DNA from: Octopus sinensis
Taxonomy: Eukaryota
Reading direction: 5' to 3'
Assembly: GCF_006345805.1 (NCBI RefSeq)
Contig: NC_043002.1
Coordinates: forward strand, 85,498,001 to 85,562,000
Length of the DNA: 64,000 nucleotides
Shown here: positions 23,936 through 38,367 of the stretch, piece after piece
Position numbering within the stretch: position 1 is the stretch's first letter
Layout: every line of letters starts with the position of its first letter
Translations under genes and position numbers: made by a program
The notes under the pieces: model-generated
Told to the model about the DNA's origin: nothing
Databases searched by the model: none
Seen by the model: only the letters and a program-made list of their open reading frames with translations

Positions 23936-24320
23936 TTGTCACATATTATTTTACAGATAAATTTCCTCTATTTACATAATATTGAGGTCTCTTTCTTTCT
24001 TTTGTTATCTTACCATTTTTACCATAATATATATATATATATATATATATATCACACATATATCTATATCTATCTATCGATATATATATATATGTGTGTG
24101 TGTCTGTATGTATGTAATTATGTAGGTAGTTTGGGTAAATCTCAGCTGTTTCCCTTTGAAGCACGTCTGCTTATTCCATTGTTACAATCCAGTATGTAGT
24201 CTCAGTTGCTGCTGTATGCAAGTTCAAAATATATATTAAAATTGAGAATTAAGGAAACATATATATGTATGTGGGCAGCCGATATTTTTTTTTCAGCCAA
24301 TGTACAGAATATTTTTAGGT

Positions 24321-24720
24321 GCAGGTGTGGCTGTATGATAAGAAACTTGCTTCCTAATCACATGGTTCTGTGTTCAGTCTCACTGTGTGACACCTTGGGA
24401 AAGTGTCTTCTACTATAGCCTCAGGCGAATCAAAGACCTGTGAGTGGATTCGTTACACAGAAACTGAAAGAAGCCTGTCATATATATGTATATATTTATG
24501 TATGTTTCTTTGTGTCCATGTTTGTCATCCTCCACCGCTTGACAACTGGTATTGGGGTTTTTACATCCTTATAACTTAGAGGTTCAGGAAAGAGACCAAT
24601 AGACTAAGTACTAGGCTTTAAAAATTAGTTCTGGTGGGGTCGACTTGTTCGACTAAAACCCTTCAAGGTGATGCTTCATCATGGCCACAGTCAAATGACT
24701 GAAACAAATAAAAAAATAAA
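24321..24720 (+). mobile_element. tRNA-headed SINE family D with internal TA/TG microsatellite
   Basis: gcaggtgtggctgtatgataagaaacttgcttcc head ... aaatgactgaaacaa tail. Confidence 0.85.
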
Positions 24721-24910
24721 ATAATATATGTGTGTCCCCTTGTCCAGTGACTGAAACAAGTAAAAGATAAGCAATGTAAAAGATAACCTCATGTCAAAAT
24801 GTTTAAAAAAGAGATAAAAATGGAACATATTATCAAGCATAAGTGATCTACCACTTTCCTACAACAAAAACACTTATAACTTGGAGACTGTTAAGTATGA
24901 AACATGAAAT

Positions 24911-25334
24911 GGATCTTTTTGGTTTGAACGGCAGTTTTTTCTAGCAGTGTCATATGAAATTATCACCCATAATTATCACCCTAGTATCGATCTGTTGCAT
25001 TTCAATCTGTTTTAGGGTTAGTTAGGGTTCGGGGCGGGGAGAAGGGTATCTTTTTTTCTTCACAAATGTAAATAAACCCAATCTGTTTCTTAAACGAGGA
25101 ACATATTCATACGGCACGGAATGTTTTTTTTACCTCAATGGACATCAGTGATTGGTTGAAATTGCAGAAATTGAAGAAAAAAAAACAACAAATATCTTAC
25201 AAACTATAGAATTTTCTCAATAAAGTCAAGAGAAAAAGATGTTTTATAAACACAGTCTACTAGTATACGAAGTTTAAAATTTTTTAGTTACCTAGAAATT
25301 ATGTTAAAAACTGCCGTTCAAACCGAAAAGATCC
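24911..25334 (+). mobile_element. MITE, ~28-bp TIRs (GGATC...), 8-bp TSD, internal TTAGGG repeats
   Basis: ggatctttttggtttgaacggcagtttt / aaaactgccgttcaaaccgaaaagatcc; TSD catgaaat at 24903-24910 and 25335-25342. Confidence 0.92.
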
Positions 25335-27264
25335 CATGAAATAATTTTGAGTTGTGCCACCAATGTACCAGAGTTGTTTGAATTAAGTATAAGATACAGT
25401 GATCTTAGCATCACAAGTCATTCACAGACTTTTTTTCTGACTGAGCATAAAATTAACATAAGTTTCTGGTTAAGAAGGTTGTTACATATCAACAGTAACT
25501 TTGTCTGTTGAAAGCAGGATCTTAATGCTGCACACTGATTCTTTATTTACACCAACCCATGCCAGATATAGCATCACTCTGCAGAAATGTCTGTCTAAAG
25601 TTAGGCGTTCTGAAATTTCTCTGTTTTCAGATAATTGTTAACTCAGTTCGGTATGGATGGAGATAAGTATCACCTACTTTAAGCTGTTAAGTAATCTCTT
25701 TTTCTCTCTCTCTCTCTCTTCCTAGCTATTGAGTCCCATTGCATATGCGTGTGTGTGTGTGCATACATACACATACATAGTTATGTACATACATACATGC
25801 TGAAACACATGTTAAATAATGATGATGATGATGCGTTCTTACATACATAGAAATGATTGTGATTTCAAAATGATTTAGAATTATGCAGGAAATGATGAAA
25901 TGATGTGAAATGTCTGTTTTAACTATAATCAGATAGAGTTGTAAAAATTCTTTACACAAGAGAATTTGAATTCCAAATTAGTCATGAAAAATATTTTAAA
26001 GACAACTTGAAAAATTAGTTTTGTTCACTAAATCAAGAAAAAATACTCGTGAAAACAAGAAAATATTTCATGTGTAAAGGAAATCTTAGAGAATTTAAAG
26101 GGATGCAGCTCTCAGTCTCCATAATTTCCTCTGCTATCATCCTCCCACGCCTGTCATGTTTTCCCACCACCACCACCACCACCACCACCATCACCACAAC
26201 ACTCATATTCATACATGCTTTTGGTCAATGCTTTCTCTGTCTGTCTGCCTGTCTGTCTGTCTGTCTGTCTGTCTCTCCTGTTTACAACCTTGGTTGTGTT
26301 TGCCTTGAAAGAATAGAGTATGGATTCAACTGTAGAGGGAACTCCCTAATGTAGAGTAAAAGGACTCTTTAATATAGAGTAAAGAGGGCTCTCTAATTCC
26401 GCTACCTCTGTTCTACTGTTGCCATGATAAAATGCTCCTGGAACAATCTTTAAAGTAGTTGGTGTAAAAAAAAAGGGCATCCAATCTTAGAAACCAAGCT
26501 GAAAATAAATTGTTAGAGCAAGAATTGGTCTTCTAACCTGCCGTGGAATGCAATAAGTTCAAACAGGAATGGAATCAGACCAAGAAAAAAAAATCTGACA
26601 GAATGGACTAAACAGAACAGGAGGACACACATGGAATAGAAGAGTCACTGAAGAGGTCACAGGTGTGCGACAAAAGATTTCCAGACAATGGGCATAAGCT
26701 AAAATAAGAACAATAATAAACGAGTGAAGAATGTATATGTAATGCATGTGCTTATTGGGCAAGAGAAACAAGGGACCATTCTGTTTGAACACAAGATTTA
26801 ACATCAAGAATCTTGCAAAACAAATTCATAAATGTAAAAAAAATTCTGTTTTCTGTATTCTTAGCATTACTTAAGAATGATATTTAAATTATGAGACTGA
26901 AATTAAAATTTCTCCATGTATTTAATTAACTTGAGTATAACAGAACAATGTTTGAGAGATTAACTTGCTGGCTACTAATTACAGAGTCATGAGTTCAAAC
27001 TTTACTACTACAATAACTATGTAGTAGTAAAAGGCACATAACTCTGCCCCAGGGCACTGCTGTCATAAAACTGCTTCCACCCTATCTTCAAAACTGGACA
27101 GTTTAATGGTCTTTTTTGTGTGACAGCAAATGTGATACATTTCACAATACCTCACAACGAATCTCTGTCCTCTATTAACTTTGGTAGATCCTTATTTTCA
27201 TATTGTGTGTGCCTCTACCAACATTAATATAGTCAGGTGGTCTTCTTCCTCTATTAGCATACAC

Positions 27265-27620
27265 AAGTGTCCAAAATATCGGGACCCCCTTCGGTCACGA
27301 CACTGACCATGGGATTACACCTAGAAAGTTACCTTCCTAGTCACAAATCAGAGCAAGGTGATTTTTATGGAAGACCAGCAGTCGCCCATGCATACCGGCC
27401 TCCCCTCTCCATGCCACCAGTGTTATCCAAGGGAAAGACAAAGGTCGATACAGCTTGGCACCCGTGACGTCGCAACTCATTTCTACAGCTGAGTTAACTG
27501 GAGCAACGTGAAATAAAGGGTCTTCCTCAAGAACACAACAAGCAGCCTGGTCCGGGATTCGAGCTCACAACCTCACGATCGTAAGCTCGATGCTCTAACC
27601 ACTGAGCCATGTGCTTTCAA
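27265..27620 (-). mobile_element. tRNA-headed SINE family E
   Basis: Minus head ...ggctcagtggttagagcatcgagcttacgatcgtgaggttgtgagctcgaatcccgg; the 3' part also occurs at 50160-50390. Confidence 0.8.
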
Positions 27621-27799
27621 AATATAACACCTATCATTCAGCACAGTAGCTGTGGTGAGCAAAGTCTCTCCTGCATAGAACAAGAATAGTAGAGGTGGGT
27701 GGAATGCATCCATAAATTTCCTCTTTGGTCTTGTACTCATGCCTTGAGAGGTTCTGAGCCCTCATGAGTTGCTTGATATCTTTAACATTTGTCTTTTAC

Positions 27800-28400
27800 T
27801 TGTTTCAGTCATTTGACTGCGGCCATGCTGGAGCACCACATTTAGTCAAGCAAATTGACCCCAGAACTAATTCTTTGGAAGCTTGGTACTTATTCTATCG
27901 GTATCTTTTGCTGAACCACTAAGTTATGGGGACATAAACACACCACCATCAGTTGTGAAGCGATATTGGTAGGGGGGCAAGCACAGACACACAAACATAT
28001 ACACATACACATATATATATATATATATACATTAGCATGGAAAGTGGACGCTAAATGATGATGATGATATACAACGGGCTTCTTTCAGTTTCTGTCTACC
28101 AAATCCATTCACAAGGCTTTGGTTGGCCCGAGGCTATAGTAGAAGACACTTGCCCAAGGTGCCACACAGTGGGAATGAACCCAGAACCATGTGGTTAGTA
28201 AGCAAACTACTTACCACACAGCCACTCCTGCACTTGATGACCAGCTTCTTTCAGTTTCTATCTACCAAATCCACTCACAAGATTTTGGTTGGTCCAATGC
28301 TATAGTAGAAGACTCTTGCCCTAAGTGCTGCTCAGTGGGACTGAATCTGGAACCATGTGGTTGGAAAGCAAAGCTTCTTACCACACAGCTACACCTACAC
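27800..28400 (-). mobile_element. SINE family D plus a second head-only copy
   Basis: Reverse complement of the family D body and head; head repeated at 28245-28400. Confidence 0.85.
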
Positions 28401-28694
28401 CTATAGCCATTGCCATCAAGGCAATTTTGAAATTCCATTATAAAATCCAGGTGTCAGCTGCATAGAGAAGAAAGCTGTTTAGACATGTTTTGAAGAAGGC
28501 ATGCTTTGTTGACTTGGTAGCAAGATGTGAAGCTAATTACAGGTACTCCAGGCTAGTCCCTAGTGTGTAAGGAAATCTTTCTTATTATGTGCAATGTAGG
28601 ACCCAAGGTGTTCAGAGTCACCCTCTTCCTTGAGCTGTGTGCCTTCATTGAAACAAATGTCATAGATGTGATTTTAAACTGCACCTAATGGTCA

Positions 28695-28885
28695 TTGAGA
28701 ATGAATGTTAGGTTAAGTTAATTTTTTGGCTCAAAAAGCAAAAAGCAAGGCCATGTAGGGGGACATGGAGTTATATACAGGGTGGTGTTCATACAAAGAG
28801 TTCAGGTCATTTGTGGTCAAGGGAGACTTTGAACCAAGCAGTCGTCAGCATCTTCACTATCTCGTCCGGCAGCTTGGAAGTATAG
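28695..28885 (-). mobile_element. CR1/L2-clade LINE extreme 3' end
   Basis: Minus translation KLPDEIVKMLTTAWFKVSLDH resembles WNxLPxEVV..xSxxxFKxxLD; followed by a 3' UTR ending in aattaacttaacctaac. Confidence 0.6.
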
Positions 28886-29746
28886 GAAGTGTGGTTATGC
28901 TGGAGATATGAAATGAAATCTTTTTTATCTCATGTTTGGTGTGTAAGGAAAGAAACAGCACAGGTTGTCAATGAATAAGGAATTGAGTCCAATAAGTGAA
29001 TTTGTGTATACCATAAACACTGTCCTAATGCAATTATGTATTTATTCCTGTGAAATTGTAATGTATGTTTTCTAGTGTTTTTAATATTTGATTGAGACTT
29101 TTGGCATCTCTCGCTTAAGGTGATAATACACTGACAGAAGAAAAATATTGAAACAAAAACTTAAAAAATAAGACTAAAACTGTTTAAAACTTAGAAGGAC
29201 TCCTTATATATACAGGGAAGTCAGAAGGGGAATAAACAATTATGTATAAGTGAATATAAAGATCTAGTCTTCAGCAACATGACAGTGCTAATAATAAGGT
29301 TTCTTCTATGCCACAGACCTTAAATATTCTGTTTTGAAGTAACTGGTCACTCTTTCATTCTTTTCTCTTTTCCCTTTTTTTTTTTTTTTTTACATGGCAG
29401 ACATTTTGACACATTTTGTGAGAAATTGAGTTTGGGATTCAAAACATAATCATGTATTTGGCCTAGCAACAATGAAATTGAAAGTTTGGTTATTGATGGT
29501 ATAAAGCTGAGGATGGTGGCTAGTGGATGGTGGGAGAGGCTAGGATAAATGTCTATAAATAGATATAACATTGAAATGGATGGTGAGAAAGATAGATGTC
29601 ATAAGATATATGGATTCATAGAAATGGAAATAAGAATAGTAAAAAATATAAGATTAATAGGAAAAAAATTATGATATAGATAGATAGATGCAAATAATCA
29701 AGCAAAATGAATAAAAAGAACAGAAGAGTCAGAGAGAAGCATGGGA

Positions 29747-29787
<41 letters not shown>

Positions 29788-30095
29788 TGAACAGAAGTGA
29801 AACAAAAACTGCCAATGCCTTCCTTCATTTAGAATAGCAAGAAAACAATAATGATGACAATGAATAGATTAGACTGACAGCAAGATAAACAGACATGAAT
29901 CAAAGTTGCTAAATTCATCTTTAATATTTTCACTTTTATTAGAATTATATAACAATGGCCACAAAATCAAATTATAGACTATACATATCGTAAACATTAA
30001 AGAACCACTCTCAGATGTATCATATTTCATTCAGAGTGACTGAATGAATAGCTAATGCTATAGATACTTAGTTAAATGTTGTCACACCCATTCTT

Positions 30096-30528
30096 GAATC
30101 TTTTCGGTTTGAACGGCAGTTTTTAACATAATTTCTAGGTAACTAAAAAATCTTAAACTTCGTATACTGGTAGAATGTGTTTATAAAATATCTTTTTCTC
30201 TTGGCTTTATTGAGAAAATTCTATAGTTTGTAAGATATTTGTTGTTGTTTTTTCTTCAATTTCTGCAATTTCAACCAATTGCTGACGTCTATTGAGGTAT
30301 AAAACATTCTGTGCCGTATGAATATGTCCTTCGTTTAAGAAACAGATTGGGTTTATTTACATTTGTGAAGAAAAAAAGATACCTTCCCCCCACCCCTAAC
30401 CCTAACCCTAACTAACCCTAACCCTAAAACATATTGAAATGCAATAGATCGATACTAGGGTCATAATTATGGGTGACAATTTCATATGACACCGCTAGAA
30501 AAAACTGCCGTTCAAACTGAAAAGATCC
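30096..30528 (-). mobile_element. MITE, second copy of the 24911 family in inverted orientation, 8-bp TSD
   Basis: Same TIRs; TSD ccattctt at 30088-30095 and 30529-30536; (CCCTAA)n at 30394-30427. Confidence 0.92.
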
Positions 30529-30685
30529 CCATTCTTTTTTAATATGAATTTTAGAAATCAGGGTTTCTGATAGTCATTGGATTACCAAGAGGAAAGCTGG
30601 CTACAAAATTCTTATATTCTAATATGTGCATTTATATTAGGTATATGGCCTAATATAAAATTCTTATATTCTAATATGTGCATTG

Positions 30686-31003
30686 GGAGGTGCAATGGCC
30701 CAATGGTTAGGGCAGCGGACTTGCGGTCAGAGGATTGTGGTTTCGATTCCCATACTGGGCGTTGTGTGTGTTTATTGAGCGAAAACACCTAAAAGCTCCA
30801 CGAGGTTCTGGCAGTGGGTGGTGGCAACCCCTGTTGTACTCTTTTGCCCCAACTTTCTTTCACTCTATCTTCCTGTTTCTCGAGTAATGCTGCGATGGAC
30901 TGGTGTCCCGTCCAGCTGGGGGGAAACACATACGCCACAGAAACAGGGAAACTGGGCCCATGAGCCTGGCTAAGCTTGAAAAGGGCGCATAAATAAATAA
31001 AAG
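30686..31003 (+). mobile_element. SINE family B, full-length
   Basis: ggaggtgcaatggcccaatggttagggcagcggac head; TSD-like aatat(g/a)tgcattg at 30673-30685 and 31004-31016. Confidence 0.88.
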
Positions 31004-31675
31004 AATATATGCATTGAGTGAATCTATTTGGTAACTGAGTTTCTGCAGTAGTAGTACCTTAGATGTACACATAGCATTGCTTCAGAAACACCACAACATT
31101 GTTGGATTTAGCTGTCACTGCACTGATTAAATTTTTGCAGGTGATGTAACATGTTAATCAAATACAAATCAGTTCTTGTAAGTTCTTTCTGTTGGCCAGT
31201 AAGAATGAAATGTGTGTACTGCGTCATATGAAAGATCAAGAATTCCAGAAAGTACACCATTATCAAAAATGAGTTAATTCCATCCTTGTGTCTCATGTGC
31301 ACAAGCATGAAACTGAGTATATTTGGTTCCCATGCAGTAAAGATTAAAATACTAATACATAATAAACATGGGGAGGTATATGGCCTAATGGTTAGAGTGC
31401 TCAGCTCATGTTCATATTAAGGTCCTGGATTCAATCCCTAGTCTTGGCAGTGCATTGTGTCCCTGAGCAAGGCAATTCATTTCCTGTTGCCTCAGTTTGC
31501 TCAGCTGTAATGAGTACCAGCTGGATGCTGGTGCAAACCTGTTTCTCTCCAATTCTCACTTCTAGGATGTTCTGCTGAGTCAATGGTGAGGAGAATGAGC
31601 GAATGTCTATGTTTGCTCATGACTTAATAGGCACCTGAAGCAAAAAGTGAAAGCATAAATATATATATATATATG

Positions 31676-31980
31676 GAGGCGCAATGATCCAGTGGTTAGG
31701 GCAGCAGACTCGCAGTTGTAGGATCGCGGTTTCGCTTCCCAGACCGGGCCTTGTGAGTGTTTATTGAGCGAAAATGCCTAAAGCTCCACGAGGCTCCGTC
31801 AGGGGGTGGTGGTGATCCCTGCTGTACTCTTTCGCCACAACTTTCTCTCACTCTTTCTTCTGTAGGCCTGCTCACTTAGCCAGTGGGGTGGCGTCATTTG
31901 AAGGCTAAAGCAATGTGAAGCGCATTGTGACCAGCGATGTGTAGCAACATCTGATAGCCTGGTCAGTCACGGTGATACCA
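31676..31980 (+). mobile_element. SINE family B with an alternative 3' tail
   Basis: Same head; tail gaaggctaaagcaatgtgaagcgcattgtgaccagcgatg...ggtcagtcacggtgata also found alone at ~55135-55215. Confidence 0.8.
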
Positions 31981-31982
31981 CA

Positions 31983-32017
<35 letters not shown>

Positions 32018-32029
32018 CATCTTTTGTCT

Positions 32030-32900
32030 TTTACTTGTTTCAGTCATTAGACTGGGGCACAGAAGAATTCTTCAGTTGAGAATTGACTCCAATACTTATT
32101 GTTTTTTAAACCTGGTATTTTATTGGTCTCTTTTGCAGAACTTCTAAGTTATGGCGACATAAACACACCAACACTGGTTGTCAAGCAGTGGTGGGGGACA
32201 AACACTCACACACGCTCATACAACAGGCATTTTTCAGTTCCCGTCTACCAAATATACTCATAGGGATTTAATTGGTCCAAAGCTATAAAGCAGAAGACCC
32301 TTACCCAGGTGCCATGCAGTGGGACTGACCCTGGAACCATGTTGTCAGGAAACAAGCTTCTCACCCATCCATGCTAGTATGGAAAATGGTCATGAAATGT
32401 AATAATATATATACATGAGTGTGTGTTTGTGTGTGTATATGCATGTGAGGTTGTGAGTGCTTTGTGAGAGCATTTCAAATTGGAGAATTTCGTTTATTTT
32501 TATTCTTTTTTACTCTTTTACTTGTTTCAGTCATTTGTTTGTGGCCATGCTGGGGCACTGCCTTTAGTTGAGCAAATCAACCTCAGGACTTATTCTTTGT
32601 AAGCCTAGTACTTATTCTATCAGTCTCTCTTGCCGAACCGCTAAGTTACAGGGACGTAAACATGCCAGCATTGGTTGTCAACCGATGTTGGGGGGGACAA
32701 ACACAGACACCCAAACGCACACACATACACATATATATACATATATACGACGGGCTTCTTTCAGTTTCTGTCTACCAAATCCACTCACAAGGCTTTGGTC
32801 GGCCCGAGGCTATAGTAGAAGACACTTGCCCAAGGTGCCACACAGTGGGACTGAACCCGGAACCATGTGGTTGGTAAGCATGCTACTTACCACACAGCCA
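32030..32900 (-). mobile_element. Two SINE family D copies (32030-32375, 32515-32900)
   Basis: ttttacttgtttcagtcatt...; heads end cttaccacacagcc. Confidence 0.85.
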
Positions 32901-33696
32901 ATCCTACGAATATTATTAATATTCTCAATAATAAACACCATTTCCATTAACATTTTTTTTTTAATGTTTATTAATTCATTCACTTCTTACTACTTTTGAA
33001 ACAAATACAGTTGATTGAATTAGATTACCAAAGAGAGAAATTAAATGAAAATACATAAAATAATGTAGTAGTTATGAAAATGGGTAAGTAAATTACTTGC
33101 CCCCACTCTGACCAAACATAATAAAGAAATGTAGAAATAAATAATTAAATAAATACTCTGCCAATAAAATAGTGAAACCCTTAAAATGGCTTCATCTTCT
33201 CTCCATTCCCGCTTTTTTTATAGAAAGAATAATTGAGAAATTTCTTTTTAAATAACAAAATACATATAATAAGTACAAGGAACAATTTTAATATAAACTG
33301 TATTTTAGGAGAAATTTTCAGTTTCTTTCCCTTTGGCAGCTCATAGAAATTATTTAAGACCAGTAACTTTTGAAAATTTTCTGGTTCTGTGAATGCTTGA
33401 TTCTGCATAACATCATATCATTGTAGACAACCATACATATAGTAAAATACCTGTTGTTACTTGATTGCTGAGAAACGTATGTATGTGTGTGTGTGTGTAT
33501 ACATATATATATAATGTACTGTTCTGTGATGAAAAGAAGTATTTCATCTGGTGAGAGACAAATATTATTTAATAGACACAATACATGTTGTTTTATGTGC
33601 TACTAATAGGTTCTTGTGCTGAGAATATGCCAAGCAATGTATCATAACATGTCTGACATCTCTGTACAGTCATCAGGCACAACCCATATATACATA

Positions 33697-33902
33697 TGAG
33701 TGAGTGCTGAAAAGTTCCTGACTTTGGGTAAAAGAAAATACTGGGGGATCAGGCAATTATGATTTTATTCAACATATTCCGTTCTTGAATTCACACACTT
33801 ATTGCAGTGGTCCTTCAGTTTTTCTAAACCTTGTAAAAGAACTTAGAAGGTTGGGCTCCAACCAGGCCTTTTGCAATACTCTTTAAGCCAGGAACAGCAC
33901 CC

Positions 33903-33906
<4 letters not shown>
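33697..33906. mobile_element. mariner-derived MITE in TA context
   Basis: TA-tgagtgagtgctgaaaagttcctgact ... agccaggaacagcacccctca-TA; imperfect TIRs with a deletion in the right TIR. Confidence 0.75.
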
Positions 33907-33950
<44 letters not shown>

Positions 33951-33952
<2 letters not shown>

Positions 33953-34640
33953 TGAGAAGACCCGGCAAGCCAAATGAGACCATAATCTCGTGGCCTATGC
34001 CAGGGGCATAACCAGCACACTTATTTGTACCTTTTCCGTCTTTGGACACTAAAACTCTGCTTGCAAAGACCTGTTGAGGCAAGTGAAATCAAAATCAAAA
34101 TCATATTCCATGACTGGCGTCCATGCTAGCGGGGTGCAAAGAGCACCATACAAGTGTGATCATTGACAGAGTGGCTAACCGGCTTCCGTGCCAGTGGCAC
34201 ATAAAAGGCACCATTCGAGTGTGATAGTTACCAACGTCGCCTTACTGGCACTCGAGCCCTGTGCTAGTAGAGTGTTTAGAGCACCATCCGAGCATGACTG
34301 TTGCCAGAGTGGCTATCTGGCCTCCGTGCCAGTGGCACATAAAAGACACCATTCGAGTGTGATCGTTACCAGCATCGCCTTACTGGCACTTGTGCCGGTG
34401 GCATGTGTAAAAGATTCAAGCGAGGCCGTTGCCAGTACTGCCTGACTGGCCCCATGCTGGTGGCGTGTAAAAGCACCCATTACACTCTCGGAGTGGTTGG
34501 CGTTAGGAAGGGCATCTAACTGTATAAACTCTGCCAGATCAAGATTGAAGCCTGGTGCAGCTGTCTGGTTCGCCAGCCCTCAGTCAAATCGTCCAACCCA
34601 TGCTAGCATGGAAAGCGGACGTTAAACAATGATGATGATA
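33951..34640 (+). mobile_element. SINE family A, long copy
   Basis: Duplicated internal block gtgccagtggcacataaaa..caccattcgagtgtgat; ends gcatggaaagcggacgttaaacaatgatgatga. Confidence 0.9.
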
Positions 34641-34864
34641 TATATATATATATATTGTTGTATTTAGGAATGGTCATGTTGCCAGTTTAGTCAATCCTTT
34701 TTTTTTCTCTCCTTTGTTTTTCTCCTTTTTTTTTCTCTCTCCTTGTTTTTTTCCGTGTCCCTTTCTGTGGAAGAGAAAAGACTTCTATTCCTGAGCGTTA
34801 TACTAATACATCTGTTTGTTTTGTACACCACCTGTCTTTGTCTTTTGTTTTTTTTGTAAACTCT

Positions 34865-34903
<39 letters not shown>

Positions 34904-35489
34904 ACTGGGTTTACCTATGGATTCCTCTTAAAATCCTTTTGAACAACCTTTTCATCCATTTGATAATTTCAATTAATGCAATTTTAACTGTGCATAACTT
35001 TCTCATTGATTCCAAACACCGACATACAATTTCATACAATGTCTTGTGAGTATATTTATGTTTTATATTTTATATTGTATCTACATATTTTTATTTCCAT
35101 ATATTTTTATAAAGTATTCCAATGTTGGGGAATATATTGATGAAATGAACTCTGACTCCTGAAATATGTTCTCTTTCTAATAATCTCTATATTTCATGTT
35201 GCTCTATTAATTAGAGTGCTAATTTATTGTTCTGTACAGGGAGTTATTTTCCTTTCTATCTGATGATATATATATATATCAGCAGCATTTCATGGATGAA
35301 GAGGTTTAGTTCCATATGAATGAGAACATATAGAAATTGGTTTGGAAGCAGAGATGAATATGCACATGGGTCTTAAAATGAATTTTAGCTTTCCTTCTTT
35401 TTTTTTCTAAAGTTTATTAATTTATTAAAATCCAGTGCAAGATTCAACAATCTTTTTGTTTTTCAATTGTAAATGAAAAAAAAATTTAA

Positions 35490-35740
35490 AGGAAAGACAG
35501 TGCATCAGAAAATGTTTCATAGCAATAAAAAAAGCTAAAAAAATCAAATGTTCAATAGATTTCACAGCAAAATTACTTGATGAAAATTCAAATGTTCAGT
35601 AAGTTTCACAGCAATAAGAAATGGTGAAAGATCAAATGTTGGAGATGTTTTTACATAGCAATAATACATGATAGAAATTTGAGAGCTCAATAAGTTTCAT
35701 AGCAATAAATTATGTTAGCAATTAGATATGATGAAGATTT
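35490..35740. repeat. Degenerate ~45-bp minisatellite, about 5 units
   Basis: tttca(c/t)agcaa at ~35515, 35560, 35604, 35649 and 35695, often preceded by caaatgtt. Confidence 0.7.
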
Positions 35741-36369
35741 TGAGGTATATGAAAAATTAAAAAAAGATTTTTTGCCAGCTCTGTCATATAGTGTGAGGAA
35801 GAATTGCTCATTGTTTGCTTTACTCATTCAAATAAGGAACTTGGACTATCTTTTCAACTAATATTGTAGGTTTTAAGATATATATATTCAAGTTTTGACT
35901 GGATACCTACTGATGACATAATTTGTTCTTGTCTGCTTGTGACTCAGATTTCTATTTGACTGACTGCATGGGGATACCATTTCTTTACCATCCATTCTAG
36001 TCACTTGTTCTGGTTGGTTAACTGTCTGTGGATGTTAGTTGTTTATCAAATGTTCTGGTCACTTGCTTTTGGCTGACAGTAGTCTAATGTTCCTGTTGGC
36101 TGACTCTCTTAAGACATCACTTGTTTTTCTGATGTTCCAGTTGTTCTTTTCTTTTTACTCAGAATCTAATTTTAACCAAAAGCATAATCTTGTTGGTCAT
36201 TCTTTGGGTGATGTCAGTAAACAGTGTCAAAAAAATGTAATTACTTAGTTGTTTGAAGTTAGGGCTTCGTATTCTGGAGGAAACCCATTACCTCAACAGT
36301 TTTCTATTATTATTTTTGTTGTTTCTAGTTGTGTAGTACAGTAAAAATATACTGTGTTTTTTTATAATG

Positions 36370-36660
36370 TTATAAAATATTTAATGTGGGTTTATTTTTC
36401 TTAATAAACATATTTTCTCTATCTATTTGGAATTTAACTGAGGTGTTTCTAGTACAGAGAAACAAGGGGGAAATTTTATACTTAGGGCGTTTGTTGGACA
36501 AAGATCCAGATGTTTGTTAATGGATATTTTTCTGGTACTAACATTTGTATCTGTTGATGGTGGAATGTCATTCCATGCCTCAGAGTTAATCCTGTTTGTG
36601 CTACATAGTCTTCATTATATACATTTGATAACATAAATTTCTTGATGAGCAAGTGAAATT
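36370..36660 (-). pseudogene. Penelope-like element GIY-YIG endonuclease relic
   Basis: Across frameshifts: NFTCSSRNL/YVIKC/YNEDYVAQTGLTLRHGMTFHHQQI/RKISINKHLDLC/ENTSVKFQIDRENMFIKKNKPTLN*, matching the PLE pattern IY.I.C...YIGQT...L..R...H ... E..FI....P.LN. Confidence 0.75.
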
Positions 36661-37029
36661 ACTTTTTATGGTAAATGTTTTCCCTGATTAAAATCATATG
36701 TTGAGCTCCCAATGATGATAATGCAAATTCTGCAGTTAAGGTGGTTATACTTTTCAAAGAACAATATTGTATATTATTTTACTTTATATTTGCAGTACCT
36801 ATATTTTATCAAGTTAATAAAACTTGTTCTTTACCCAAATTATGATTTTTATGTATTCCTATTTCTCTCATTTCTACTATATTCAGAATATGAATGATGA
36901 TACTGATGCATACTGGAAGTTTTAATGAGTATTGTAAGGTGCTATGGTAATTTAAAATGTGATAATCAGATATCTGGAAAATTCAATTATTTGCTAATCC
37001 TCTGGCACCCATGGTGCCAGATACATATA

Positions 37030-38290
<1,261 letters not shown>

Positions 38291-38336
38291 ACAGCTAATG
38301 GAATTTCCATGAACACAAGTTTGTACGTTTGAAGGT

Positions 38337-38367
<31 letters not shown>

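Noticed and set aside
30394-30427. Telomeric (CCCTAA)n
   Set aside because: Short and internal to a MITE with TIRs and TSD; not a chromosome end or fusion scar
30686-30760. tRNA-like sequences (also 2100-2178, 27550-27615, 31676-31745)
   Set aside because: They continue directly into SINE bodies and lack a proper acceptor stem; SINE heads, not tRNA genes
34655-34870. Possible second PLE pseudo-LTR (ctgtggaagag...aaaagact)
   Set aside because: No GAAA/stem II module in this copy; the hammerhead resemblance rests only on my recall of related repeats
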